Positions 39,790 through 54,327 of a stretch of DNA of 64,000 nucleotides are shown here, piece after piece. Source of the DNA: Octopus sinensis. Its lineage: Eukaryota. Position 1 is the first letter of the stretch. Each line of letters begins with the position of its first letter. A program made the translations under genes and the position numbers. The notes beneath the pieces were generated by a model. That model did no database searches. It saw nothing but the letters and a program-made list of their open reading frames with translations, and had not been told where the DNA came from. The DNA lies in assembly GCF_006345805.1 (NCBI RefSeq), contig NC_043000.1, forward strand, positions 61,256,001 through 61,320,000, written 5' to 3'.

Positions 39790-40984
39790 AAGTAGAAACT
39801 ATAGAAAAGCTGGATTTTCAACAGTTTTTCATTGCAATTTATCTAACCAACGCAATATTTCACATAAGGCAACCATTGAAGACAGTGCTCCCACTGTACA
39901 AATTGTTATTATCACCATTAAAAGCCTTCATATTATAGTAATATGCTGTATCTAACAGAGATGTGTGTAAGAAGGAATTAAAAAAAAAACAATAATTATG
40001 CTCTAAAACTGTTCGACACAACTTATTGTCTAACGTTTGCAATTTGCCAGATCTTTGCATTACAGATTTCAGTATCGTCAGACACACGAATTCACTTGAA
40101 AAGCAACATTCTTGGCGTCTTCGCTAGACCTGATAGATACAGCAGCCATATTTCTCCCGAATTACATACAGCCATTTGGAGGGCGTTCCCTTTAGAATTA
40201 CGAAATAGCGTGGTCACTATCAGAAATAGTTGCTAAATCTACCTCAAATCACATTCTACATCTTGTAATAGGAAGCAACTATTAAAATGAAATTATCTGT
40301 ACACAGAAAATCAATCTTACATAATAGTAACCAATTCACCCTCAAACCGTAGCTTATATCATGGGGAAAGAAAGAATACGTTGGAATATAAGAGCTTACG
40401 CATACTACCATTGGGCCAGACGAAATATTAACCAAATCTCTCTGAAGTAACTTAAAAAATAAAAATAAAATAAAATAAAACGGAAGAAATATTGAAACGA
40501 AAGCACATGTAGATACCTGACCTGCCAGAACTAGCTGCTCGCAGCTAAATTTCCTTCAAATTACGTCTTTAATAAAAATGGACATATTGGATGATGTAGA
40601 GTGAATTTTAAAAATATGTAATAGTCACGGCTGGCATGCTTATAGTTTACAAATATATTCGTTCAAGACTGATCTGGGTTAAACAATAGCAAGAAAAACG
40701 CTTTGGCATCTTTTCGTTGCTGCCAACTCTTTATGGTGTTACGGATGTTGATAAGGAGGTTGTGGTATCTTTTATACGGACGTGTAATGTTGTTATACCA
40801 GTATATTGCTGGTTTTTCGTCGAGTCCAGAAATAAAGATTGGTCAAATCGACTCGGCCTTGGCATCATTTGATATCAGAAAGTAGACGAACGAATTAAAA
40901 TATTGTAGGTCATATAATCCGGTGCTCCTACGAATTCGTCACTCCATATTGGATGATTATTGAGATAATGATAATTTCTAATAA

Positions 40985-41360
40985 TTACTACAAGGCCAGA
41001 AATTTTGGCGAAAGGAACTGTTGGCAATATCGACTCGGTACTTGACTGGTGCTTATTTGATCAATACGAGAGGATGAAAGGCTAAAGAGACTTTATGACT
41101 TGTACTCAGAACATGAAAGGGCTTAACTAAATGTTATACAGTATTTTGTCCGACACAATTAAGATAATATTTTCTAGACATAAATCAAGATCTAGGGATA
41201 AGCAATAGTCAATGAAATTTACTTCCTTTCATCTCAGAGGGATGAAGGGCGAAGTTTAACGTGGGATTTCAGCTCAGAATGTAAAGAGTTAGGCACAAAC
41301 CCAACAATTTGAAAGGGAAAGGGCTATCGACACCACCGAACCATACTCTACTGGTACTCT
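40985..41360 (-). mobile_element. Old degenerate family-A SINE copies
   Basis: Tail and core motifs recognisable at high divergence. Confidence 0.65.
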
Positions 41361-44300
41361 AATTCTGAGTACGATGTGATATCGAAATGATAATACCAAT
41401 CAGACTTGCAGCAACCCTACTAGTACCAATGTATATATTCAGTGTACGAATGCGTGTTAGTAATACAATTGAAGAGAAACGCTGTTGATAGAGATACGAA
41501 ACCAGATCACTAACAGGACTTATGACCAGCTTACCACTGCTCTGTCTCTGCCATTGTTTGAAGGAACAAAATATATGTGTAATATTTTCCATAAGCACAA
41601 CTCATTTTTTATTAAAAAGAGGAAAGAGGAACACAACTTATAAATATTTTTCAGAAGTCCACTGGCAGAATTCATGAAGTTAGATTGAGACAACCGAGGA
41701 AAGAAACCCAGCTGCAGTCACAGCACACCGGGACGTTAGCGCGTATTCGACATTTAAGAAGTTATGGCATAAGCGTTCATAATGCGTGTCTGTTAATAGA
41801 AGCTGGAGAACTGAATTCTGCGGTGTGAGAGTGACAATGTTGCTATGACGTTAGGTTTTCACCGATATCTGCAAAGAATGAAATGATTTCATGTCGGAGT
41901 TTCTATGTAGTTCAATAGCTGTGTCATTTAGCCAGTATCCTATCCGCCCACTCAGTCACAACGCAGCCAGCAGAAATCAGAGACGCTGTTGAAGCCGTGA
42001 AACTATCTAACTTTAGAATTAAAAATATATCATTAGTCATACAAGACAATAACTATTTTTATCTAGCTTTGATCAGAGGGACAAGACAGCATCCATAGCT
42101 CTTTTCAGGATCTCTTTGATGACTAAAATGAGAAAGGTATCGTATATTCTATGACCGGAGACCTAGGCAGAATGTTTGTTTACAACAGTTATGTACTTCG
42201 ATAAAGGTACGCAGGACCAAGTAGTACTGTTAAACAGGGCGACTGATGAAGTCTACCATTCATTAACAGAAACTCTCCTTCCATCGAGCTTCCACCTAGT
42301 TTATATCTGCCAACAAGTTTTCAATCGATCAGTGGGTATGGCAGAAGATACTGGATGTGGTCAAAAACAGAAAACCTCACTATTTCTGAAATACGTTTCA
42401 ACAGAGAAATGCGCAATGTGCAACGGTCCAACCCAAGATGGTAACTGAAAAACAAACGGTAAAACATTAGCAACATGAAGATACCCTTACCGCCTGCCTT
42501 ACTTCACTAGTGGAAGGGTATCACACGTAACCACTGTAGTTATGAAGGGAACTTGTAATGCACACGACCGTATGTGTACCCATAACATAATATATGAACA
42601 ATTAAGAAAATGAAAATGATATATGGGAAAGAAGTGAGTTTTAAAATACGGTATTATTTTAATCTAGATTATAGATGATTAAGTATGCGATATGATTTAC
42701 TAAAAGCGTATTTGACAAATGAATGCATGATTAGATGTGTTTCAGTACATTTTTGGTTGTGAATATTTTAAAGACGCTTTTAGCGAAAGGAACCATGGAA
42801 GAGAACACATGAATGGTTTCTTTAGAATCTGTTGTCAATGCATAGGAATTACAGAAAAGGGGAAAAAAAGAGCAAAACAAGAAATTATATATATATATAT
42901 AATCTATATATATATATATATATTATAGCTTCTTTATAACATATAAGTATAATAAATAAAACGTATGTGTGTGTGTATATACACACATATATACATATAT
43001 ATTTGCATACATACATGCACACACACAAACATGCATGAATCAGCAGTTAAGGAAATTATGAAAGGGGAAGACATCATGGAAGGAGATGGTTACCCAGGTC
43101 GTCCCACCGTCCACCATTCCACCACATGATCTTCCCCCACGCATACTGCATCTTGCATCAGAGAGGCGCAGGTAAAAACCGTGCTGCGGAAACTTTTAAC
43201 CCGCATCATTATTCCTCGGTAATTTTAAAACTAAATTTTAGAAGAACAAAGAGATGGTGCACGCGATCTCTTGATCTACTAGAACCGCAGCTAAAAACCC
43301 ACTCAAATCACTCAGCGTACCAGTGGGAAAGGCACATAAAATGTAGATTTCTTAGAGATCTTAAAAAATAAAAGGCAAACAAAAACAAAAAAAAAACAAA
43401 CTTAGAGATGGTCATGACTAGAGTATACAGATATCATAGATCTCGGCGACGAAGGCTAACAACAGCAGCAAGAACAATATTTCATAGAATCTGCTATGCA
43501 GCAAGCAGGCAACCCCTCACGCTCTTTTAATGAAGCTGGCGTTACTTGATAACAACTTAGCGTTTGTCGGTCGGTGAGTTGCATGAAATGTACGTGGGTT
43601 GATGTGTTTATAAAAGTGATTGTTGTGACAACTGCGGTTGGATCTGATGACAATAGACAGGTGACGATGGATAAGTCTCCGTACTTCTACAACTATATTG
43701 ACGATGAAAGAGAGAAGAGGTAGATGATTACATAGATGTTGGAGTGGGTGCTGAAAGCGAAAGACAGTAGCCAGGATATGTGCAATATATATGTTTGTAC
43801 GTATTTATGTAGGCATTACATTTATGTACATTGTATATGTATATTTTGTATTTATGTGTGCGTGTATGTGTGTATGTGTGTGTGTGTGTGGTGGTGGGGG
43901 AGGAGAGACTTTACGCCTATATATAAAAAGAAAAAAATCCATACATTGGTGTTAATATTTTGTTTCGCATGCGTACATGTATGTATGTATATATGTCAAC
44001 ATGCATGTTTGCTTACGTGTGTTTGTATTTATGCGTGTTCGGTAACTGTGTGAATATTTTTATAACCATTTAAATTCCTACATATTTACATATATACATG
44101 CATGCACACATACAGATCTGCACACCCATACATACATCATACCTACATACAAACAAGCAATATACATACGTACAACATATATACCTACACACACACACAC
44201 ACACACACAACATATATATATATATGATATAATGTATATAATGAAATTATTGTATAGTGCTCAGGTGCACCCAATATATATATATATAATATATATATAT

Positions 44301-45001
44301 ATAATATATATATAATAATATATATATTTATATATATATATATATATATACGCATATAGATACAGATGCGCACCCATAGATATATATGCACACCACACAC
44401 GAACATTCACTGAGATATATAGATACATATAAGCATGCATGATGTGTTTGTGTTTTGCGTGCATGCGTGGAATCTAGGCAGTGTCGTGTGGTATAGTTTA
44501 GTTATGTTTGCGTGGGGTATAGAAGGAAAAGAAACTTGACAATTCATGAAAACTGTATACATAAATATATATATATACATATATATATACATATAAAAAC
44601 CTACCTCAAGATCAACTGGTGATTGTGTTTGACTTTTTGATTTTGAACTGCTTGGTGATTTTATAGGTACCGAGGTTGACGCTGTGTGTCCGTAATTCAT
44701 GTTTCATAAATATATCCACAACGAATCAACGTAAGAGAAGAAACAATGTTTTTGTATGTAGTAAGAGGTAAAACAAAATAAAAACTTAAAACGCAACACC
44801 GATGGCGACGCGGCAAATAATAATAATAATGATAATAATCCGGGGAGGAAGGTTTTCTTTCTGTCCAGATGAGAAGGACAGTGTGACACGTCTCTCTTAT
44901 CTGTGTAATTGAGACAAGTAATCCACAAAAGTATTGAAAATGCCGAAATGTTTTGTTTTTATTTTTTTCCGCCGGCTATATATATATATAAATATATATA
45001 A

Positions 45002-45035
<34 letters not shown>

Positions 45036-45261
45036 GCTATTTTGTTATTGTTGTAGGTAGCTGTTGTGTCGTTGCTGTTGCTGCTGCTGCTGCTGCTGTT
45101 GCTGGTGCTGTGGTTGTCACTGTAGTTGTTGCAGTTTTATTTTCTCCGTTTTTTTTTCTATTTGGTTTCTGGGGTGGGTAGATGGATATGTGTGTGTGTG
45201 TGTTTGTGTGTGTAACTGCACTCTCTTTCTCTCTCCCTCTTTCCCCTATACCCTCTAGCTT

Positions 45262-45299
<38 letters not shown>

Positions 45300-46270
45300 T
45301 CTCGCACTACCTCTTTGTCTCTTTTCGTGTCACTCAACGGGATGGCGGTGGTGACGGCGTAGGTAGGTACCTCCCAGTTGCTTAAATTATTTCCCCAGAC
45401 ACTTTATAGCTCAGTGATGCGGCTGTGTTCGCGTTAATTAAACAGATGAAGAAGAAAACGGTACTGAAGAACAACAACAGCAATAACGAAAGCTAAGAGA
45501 ACAACAACAACAGCGCCTGTAATCAGAAGCTTATTTAGAAGTAAGAATAAAATAAAATATAAAATTTAATACAATAAAATATGCAGCAACAGCATCAGCG
45601 GCAGCAACACGCACTACAAGTCTTTGTGATGCTGGTGGGTCAAGTCGCTGAAGCGAAAGCCGCAATGAAGAAGTATTCTTTTTGTTTTTTCTATACTATA
45701 TGTCAACCATTGCACTTCTGTCATTTAATAAATACTACAAATAATATGCCTTTTTAAAAAAAATTTATATTTTACAGATTTTAAGCCCGCCTACAAACAT
45801 TTGGAATTAATTACTTTTCTTTTTTCTTTCATTTATTAGACTTTATATTTGTTGGCTATGTTCAGCTTATTTTGTTTTGTTTTATGCATATGCATGTATG
45901 TATGTATGTATGTATGTATGTATGTATGTATGTATGTATGTATGTATGTATGTATTGTGTTCGTTTTATAGTCGTCTGCTATGAATGAGTTTATCTCTCT
46001 TTTTGTTTATCTGTCTCTTCTGTTCTTTTTTTTTTTTCGTTCTGTCTATCTCACTACGTCTCACTATGTAAGAATGGAATCGAAAACATTAATAACGCCC
46101 GCGTAATAGCACGAAGACGGAGAGAGAGAGACTCGAAACATAAATGAAGTGTGGGTGGCGGTTACTTGTGGAAGGTGTCGTTAGGTGTGGAGAGAATTTT
46201 CATACCGGATGCATGCGTCGTACCCCAGAGATGACAGTGCGCAGTCAGACAGAAAGAGAGGGAGAAAGTA

Positions 46271-46304
<34 letters not shown>

Positions 46305-47464
46305 TATATGTGTGAGAGAGAGAGAGAGCGGAAAACCTTCCAAGTCTTCTTCAATTAGCTGGTTATTGTTATTAACTACGCTGATGACTTTTTATTCATT
46401 TTTTTTTCAATATCTTTCTGTTCGCTTGTCTTATTGAAAGAAGAATTGCAATGTCTTGTAATAACATCACGCATTATATGTCTCTCTTACAACTATTCCC
46501 CATGTCACGCTTTATTAATCTTTTCTTGTCAAACAAATTGTTTCCTTAGAGAAATTTTACTCTGTATGCTTTTTTCGCGCACACTGCATTCATTGTTTTG
46601 GTTTGAGTCTATTGCTATTGTAGTTATTTAGACCTAGTTAAATCTATGATAAAATACGTTTCAACTGTAACCATACTGTTTATTGGGTTAACATACATCA
46701 ACAAATATATCATTCATTTTTTACTATTAATTCTTAAGACGATACACTATGTTTTGGAAGTAGATTTAGCAGCTGTTTCTAGCAAGTTAAGAGACAGCGT
46801 AAGAGCGCTGCCCTCTTTGCTGCATTCGCGTGTTTTCAAGTCATGTGCGTTGCTGTTACGTGTTACTGTTGTTATTGTTGCTGCAACTAGTACAGCTGGT
46901 AGTAGTAGTAGTAGTAGTAGTAGAAGCAGCAGCAGAAGATATTCAGCAACTTTTGAATTTTAACTTCTAAAATGTTGACTTAGCTATTACTTTTGCCAAG
47001 TATTTTACTCCGTCGTAGTCAATTAACAAAGATATATATATGTGTGTATATATATATTATGTATGTATGTATGTATGTATGTATGTATGTATGTATGTAT
47101 GTATGTATGTATAAAACAAATTATTATAGAAGACGCTGCTGGTAGCGATGGAATTATTTTTATGTATTTACCTCAAGGGCAATTACAAAGCGAGTATTAT
47201 AAACCCAGTAAAACTGAGTACACTAGAATGCTTCCTGTATGATTCAGACAATCGAAAGCGAACAAAACCGTAATAAATTCGTATATATTCGGTTGTTGTA
47301 GATGTTTAGCCCAAGGTTAATCCTGATCAAGAAAATTTATGATCAAAAGCATTCCAGCCGCAACCAGTCGTTCTTTTCCCTATGTAACAGAAACCTAGAA
47401 ACCTATGTGTGTACATATATATATTGTATATATATATATATATATAGTATATATAATATATTAT

Positions 47465-47498
<34 letters not shown>

Positions 47499-47689
47499 CC
47501 ACATACAAAAAAAAAAAAAACAGTATAGTTGAGTTAATGGAAATTCAGTGTTATCACTAGCAGATCGTGCAGCTATGTAGATGCTCGCAATAACAATATG
47601 TATTTTCTAAATTGTTTAATTAGTCATTAATTGTAATTTGTAAATAGTAGTAATGTACAAACTATAAGAGTAATAATTTTGAATGAAAC

Positions 47690-48300
47690 AGTGAGTCGAT
47701 GCTATCGCTCCCAACGCTTGACAGGTGCTTTATAATATCGAACCCTCTGGCAGCCTCTGTGGGATTCGAGCTCAGACAGTAAAAGCCGGAACAAAAGCCA
47801 CTACACATTTTGTCCGACGCGCTAAAGATGCTGCTAACTCGCCGCATTGGTAATAACAATAATAATGATAATCCTTTCTATTATAGGTACAAGGCCTGAA
47901 ATTTGTGGGGAGGGGACTAGTCCATTACATCGACCCCCAGAGTTTCAGTGTGGCACTTAATTTATCGACCCCGAAAGGATGAAAGGCAAAGTCAACCTCG
48001 GTGGAATTTGTACACAGAACGTAGTGACAGACGAAATACCATTAAGTATTTCGCCCGGCGTGCTAACGGTTTTGCTTGCTCGCCGCATTGGTAATAATAA
48101 TAATAATAATAATATCCTTTGTACTATAGGCACAAGGCCTGAAATTTTTAGAGGAGGTAACAAGTCAAATACATGAACCCCAGTGCTCAACAGGTATTTT
48201 TGTTTTATTGGTCCCGAAACGATGACAATCAGAGACGACCTCGGCGGTATTTGAACTCAGGATGTGAGGATCGGAACAAATATCGTAGGGCTCTAATTGA
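47690..48300 (-). mobile_element. Three head-to-tail family-A SINEs with (AAT)n spacers
   Basis: ctcgccgcattggtaataa.aataataat repeated at about 47839 and 48079. Confidence 0.9.
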
Positions 48301-48759
48301 TACTGCAAATCTACCATCCTTTAATCACACACACGCGCCCCCTCCCCCCATACACACAATACACACATGCTAAGACACGCTTGCACGTCTATCTGCATAA
48401 GCATCAGTCGCAACATCGACACGCACAAAAATAAGATAATACATCACTTCAGAATAAGTTTCATATGTTCATTGTGTGAAATACTATGTGAATGAGTGTG
48501 CTTGCGTTTAATAAATTTAATAGAACTCGTTAGTTGGTTAATGAAGCTTAGTGCTTGATAAGGGTGGTGGCTAGTTTTCACCTGGCAATGCAATATGCTG
48601 TTAACGCTACATGATCTCAAAAGCATCATGTAGCGCATCCTGTTCACAGATAGACAGATACTAATATACGCACACAAAGAGACAGATTGACACATACGCT
48701 CATACATACTAAATAATTTATACATATATACATAGACATATATATCTATATAGATTTGT

Positions 48760-48823
<64 letters not shown>

Positions 48824-48997
48824 ATTGTGTGTATCTAGAATTAGCTGCTATTTCTTGACCGAGTAACTGCATGAAGGCCCCTGTCTCTGGTTCGTTGATA
48901 CAGGTGATGATGATGATAACGATGTTGCTGATGACGATGATGATCATGATGGTGGTGGTTGGAATAACTACATTGCAATGAAGGTGGTCTTTTTGCT

Positions 48998-49067
48998 TCT
49001 TCTTCTTCTTCTTCTTCTTCTTCTTCTTCTTCTTCTTCTTCTTCTTCTTCTTCTTCTTCTTCTTCTT

Positions 49068-49103
<36 letters not shown>
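48998..49103. repeat. Compound (CTT)n(CTA)n microsatellite
   Basis: Direct reading. Confidence 0.95.
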
Positions 49104-49104
<1 letters not shown>

Positions 49105-49414
49105 CAATGAAAATGATGATGACAGTACTGCTACATCACAATAATGATTTCCTATTTGACAAAGCAAATGGACTATCATTTATTAGAGAGATAGAGAGAG
49201 AGAATGGGTGTTATAAAATGTGGTGACTTTCACACACTCCCCGCGAACGGTTGACTGCTGAACTAAAGTGCATTGGCTGCAAGCGCGAATCGAAATCACT
49301 TCGCTAACTCAGATGGCCTGGAGGGTATAGCTTTCTCCAAATAGATTTTTTTGTTTTGTTTTTATTATATACTTTAAAAGTTCATAAACGTTTACATCAG
49401 TGGTTGTCAACCGA

Positions 49415-49514
49415 NNNNNNNNNNNNNNNNNNNNNNNNNNNNNNNNNNNNNNNNNNNNNNNNNNNNNNNNNNNNNNNNNNNNNNNNNNNNNNNNNNNNNN
49501 NNNNNNNNNNNNNN
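49415..49514. other. Assembly gap (100 N)
   Basis: Run of N. Confidence 1.
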
Positions 49515-49648
49515 CATTGCTATGTACCTACTTACGTCTCCATAAAGCACAACAAAGAACATGTGCTTTGTGGAAACATACGTAGAAATGCATTAAAGTA
49601 GTTATGAATTTCCATTTGTGTATGTGTGACTAAAAGCACAGACTAAAT

Positions 49649-50032
49649 TTTTGGAAGCACTCCGTCGGTTACGACGACGTGGGTTCCGGTTGATCCGAAT
49701 CAACGGAACAGCCTGCTCGTGAAATTAACGTGTAAGTGGCTGAGCACTCCACAGACACGTGTACCCTTAACGTAGTTCTCGGGGATATTCAGCGTGACAC
49801 AGAGAGTGACAAGGCCGGCCTTTGAAATACAGGTACAACAGAAACAGAGAGTAAGAGTGAGAGAAAGTTGTGGTGAAAGAGTACAGCAGGGATCACCATC
49901 ATCCCCTGCCGGAGCCTCGTGGAGCTTTAGGTGTTTTCGCTCAATAAACACTCACAACGCCCGGTCTGGGAATCGAAACCGCGATCCTATGACCGCGAGT
50001 CCGCTGCCCTAACCACTGGGCCATTGCGCCTC
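49649..50032 (-). mobile_element. Full-length family-C tRNA-derived SINE with 12-bp TSD
   Basis: CACAGACTAAAT at 49637-49648 and 50033-50044; A-box tggcccagtgg and B-box ggtttcgattcc on the minus strand. Confidence 0.95.
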
Positions 50033-51478
50033 CACAGACTAAATAGTGTGTGTAACTAAAGGGACAGTCTAAACTGTCCGTTGTTTTTAAGAGAATAGGC
50101 TGTTATCTTAGCGAATATTTTTATTTGTAGAGTAAACTCGTACAGATTCCTTCGTTGTTGGTGAAACTCCAGATCAAACCCAGTTGAGCAGATCCGACGA
50201 AAAGTGGCATTTCAACCATCAGCAATGCTTTCGCTTTTTTTAAAATTCATAATGAATCCAAGATTATAATACAATGTGTACTGTTTTTAAAACATTAGAA
50301 TACTTTTGAAGGGATATTAAGCTGCTATTTCTTGTAAGTGGCGCGATCACAAACATTTTACCTCGTTGGAGATATATGTGTTTGGAATGCAAGTAGTACA
50401 GTGGAAAGAAAGATGAGAGAAAATTGACAATTATAAGAGCGTTGGGTAGAATGCATTGCCGTATTCATTTCGGCTGTCTCTGTGCTCCAAGTTCAAATCT
50501 TGCTGTGATCAACTCTGCCTTTCATTGTTCGTATGTAAATCGATAAATCATATGCAAGTACTGGGATCGAATACCACCCCATCTCTCTCTCTTTCTCGCT
50601 TGGCTTTACACGCAATTCAAAGGCCCAACCGTATCACATTACCTTAACGCTGACTCAGGTATTTTAAGGCTCTATATGTTTATTTCACAAGTAGGAATAT
50701 TTATCGAATAACTGAATGCTCAACACTGAGATCGACAGGTTAACCACCATATCATACACAACACACACACACACACACACACACACGTACGCACACACTC
50801 AGACTCACACACGTACACACACACTCACACACACACACACTCATACAAACACACACAAACACACACACACACACAATGGCTTGTTCACCAGATTTCGTTT
50901 CACTCACAAAGTATTGATCAATCCGACGAACCACGTCGTTGCGCAAAACAATCATACTTGCCCTCTAGGATTTCTATCGCTGTTCCCTCCCTTTCTTTTG
51001 TGGTGAACTTGGGTTGTGCCTGACTATACATGTGTGACAGAACCTGTAAACGTTGGAACTTTGCAGCAGCGCAGTATGATACGCTTCTGACGAGTGTTCT
51101 TTCAATTTAGGTATTTGCTTGTTGCTGTTTGTTTCATTTTATATATTCCTGTGGTTTATTCTGTCTATTTGTTGCGCAACGAATCATCGGGTAAAGTGTG
51201 CTGATATATATTCTGTGTAATATGTTTTGGGGGGATGTTGGTAGGCCAGGCGAGACTGTCATAATACGTGGTGAATATGTAACGTTTCGGCTATAATGTT
51301 TCGTTTGTACTCTAAAGTCGCTTCTTTTTGATGACCAAATGTGGTTCTTATGAATACCTTCCACTTTCTCATTCTCTCTCTCTCTCTCTCTCTCTGCCTC
51401 AGTATATATATATCTATATATTATACACACATCTGAGTACCTCATTTCTTCTAATATATAAATACCTGTCTCCAAAGC

Positions 51479-51524
<46 letters not shown>

Positions 51525-52695
51525 AATTGAGATAGGGGTATATATATATATTATATATATATACACATATATTGTAAGGGTCATTAAATCAGGATAATAC
51601 TTAGAGATAAAAGAATTTTGAGTGAGAAATTATGTTAGGAAAGTATGTCAGGAAGACGTAAATAAATATATGGAAATAGTCACCAGGGAGCGATGTTGAC
51701 GTAATAAGATATTTTCATGTTTACTGAAAAATAACTATAAACAGATAATGTTAATATAGCTGAGCAAGTGTATTCCCCTAGGATGTCGCTGTAAACGACA
51801 GTAAGTTCATTCATTTAGTCGTAATCTTTCTCCATTTTAATTGTTTCTAATAAACAGAGAGAAAGATATAGATAGATAGATGTATAGAGAGATAGAAAGA
51901 GGGGGGGGAGAGAAGAACAAAAAATAATAACAAAATACTATAAAACGGAGAGGTAATTTTTTCTAAAAGATGCATTGTTGTTGACGAGAAGCGTTCGAGA
52001 ACTTCAATGTAATTAGGAGCAAATCTCTCTTGCAGGTTCACTCATGGAACCGGACAACCAATTGAGGTGAACCAACAAGGAAAACTCTACGCGATTACAC
52101 GACTAGCTAGAACTAGCTAGCTGCTAAATCTCTTCCAAATCACACTGTACCGTCTTAAAAATGAAAGGACATACAAACACACATGCACACATATACGAGG
52201 TGGCCACGGTTTGAACGTTTTCGTTGAATTGGAACTGTTCATTGTAATATTAAATATTGTCAGTTATTGAAAAATAATTGTTGTATTCTGTGTGGATTGT
52301 TATTTATTGTGCAAAAAGAATGAACTCAGCGCCGTGGCTTCAATATTCATTTGACGATAATTTTATTAATTTAAGCAATTTATGCCATTTCAGAAGGTAT
52401 GTTGAACAAAATAAATCTTCATTATTTTCCCATTAAAATATAAAACGTTCTAGGCTGTTAGACAAAAACAATGGTGTGAGAGTCGAAATGCACCGGAGTT
52501 TATGTTGATAAATTATCAGAAGCTCAAACTGAAAAGTGACTCTAAGTAGACTTGTAGGCACTGGCGCTGGATTTTAAAGGGGCTAGATGCAGACGGCGGC
52601 TCCTGTTTTTATAACTCATTCTAATCATTTCTGGTGTGTTACTTGTAAGTATATCATGTACACAACATGAATATGTATATATTAATATATATATA

Positions 52696-52860
52696 GGCGC
52701 AGGAGTGGATGTGTGGTAAGTAGCTTGCTAACCAACCACATGGTTCCGGGTTCAGTCCCACTGCGTGGCATCTTGGGCAAGTGCCTTCTGCTATAGCCCC
52801 GGGTCGACCAATGCCTTGTGAGTGGATTTGGTAGACGGAAACTGAAAGAAGCCTGTCGTA

Positions 52861-52904
<44 letters not shown>

Positions 52905-53126
52905 TATGTGTTTGTATGTATGTGTTTGTCCCCCTAGCATTGCTTGACAACCGATGCTGGTGTGTTTACGTCCCCGTCACTTAGCGGTTCGGCAAAAGAG
53001 ACCGATAGAATAAGTACTGGGCTTACAAAGAGTAATAAGTCCCGGGGTCGAGTTGCTCGACTAAAGGCGGTGCTCCAGCATGGCCGAAGTCAAATGACAG
53101 AAACAAGTAAAAAAAAGAGTAAAGAG
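52696..53126 (+). mobile_element. Full-length family-B SINE (octopus OR-type/CORE-like)
   Basis: tRNA-like head (gtggtaagtagc..ggttcagtcc), CORE-like cttgggcaagtg, internal (TA)n, tail with GGCGGTGCTCCAGCATGGCC. Confidence 0.93.
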
Positions 53127-54083
53127 TATATGTGTGTGTGCGCGTGCGTTTTCACAACCATCTTGAGAATATTATCAATTGAAATCTGGTCTATTTGTCA
53201 CATACGGCTCGGACTTATTAGCAGCTTCAATACCCCATGCTTGACTGAATAAGTTATTTTCAGCTGATAAGTCACGGTTTCACTTTTCATTGCTGAATAA
53301 GTACGCACGCTTATGCCAAAACGTCGAATTAGCATCGTTTTAAAAACGTTGGATGAATAACGCTCCGTTAATGTTGCATTAACTACTGCTCAGGTCTGCC
53401 TTTCGTAATTTCGTGTACCAACAGTATCAATCTTGGGCAGTGAATGGCTGATGTGTTGATGTGTTGGACTAGATATTGGCGGTACTTGCGCTGGCTTTCT
53501 GCTTTCTAAAGGTAACGCCTGTAATGACACTGGCTCGAAGCCTTATCGGTCTTTCAGAAAAGTTTTTCAGTTTTTCGTTTGAACAATCTAGTAACAAAGG
53601 CAAGAAAATTATATGCACAGAAATCTCATAGACTTCTACCGAAAAGTAAATCAAATAAATGAACTTAGGTTTGTGCATATAATTGCAGATATTAACCAAC
53701 AATCAACAACGGAGATCTCTGAATAGAATAGTAAAAACTACTAAACTACTGTCATCTGACGTACGTGAAGAAAAGCAAGCAGGTCAACAAGAGTGAGCTT
53801 TGACTGTGTCGCACTAAATAAACTGATAAATGAGGAAGTTTCACTTTTCACAATGCCAATCGAAATCCTACCCGTGTCAGTTAAACAAAGGCACACAATC
53901 ATTTTGCATTTTTATGTCTTTATGACTTGAAAATGTCAAAAGACGATTTCATTATTTCTTTTACAAATTTTATAGTTATTTCACATTTGTCTTATATTAA
54001 TTATAATAGAAACTATCACAGCTGCTCGTATTGTCATACTCTCGATAATCACCATCATCATCATCACCTTCCTTCCTTCCTTA

Positions 54084-54130
<47 letters not shown>

Positions 54131-54237
54131 ATATTATTATTATTATTATTATTTCGCTAGTGCATGCTAATTTAGACGGTATTATATCTTGAGGTTTGGC
54201 GACATAATTTTTATTATTATCAGTTTAATAATAATAA

Positions 54238-54271
<34 letters not shown>

Positions 54272-54327
54272 AATAATAATAATAAATATTATTATTTATT
54301 ATTTTATTATTAATTATTACTACTACA

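Noticed and set aside
41653-42448. Open frames at 41653-41830 and 42176-42448 as host exons
   Set aside because: No recognisable protein family or consistent splice pairs; 42050-42170 overlaps a family-D-like repeat
49398-49414. cagtggttgtcaacc resembling a hAT-Charlie TIR start
   Set aside because: The sequence runs into the N gap, so no partner TIR or TSD can be assessed
49960-50032. tRNA gene (also the heads at 20024, 27030-27097, 38452 and 52696)
   Set aside because: A and B boxes are present, but the acceptor stem does not close and each runs into a SINE body with a TSD
53290-53330. ctgaataag..ttatgccaaaacgtc hammerhead-like layout
   Set aside because: Both core strands are mutated and stem II is unconvincing
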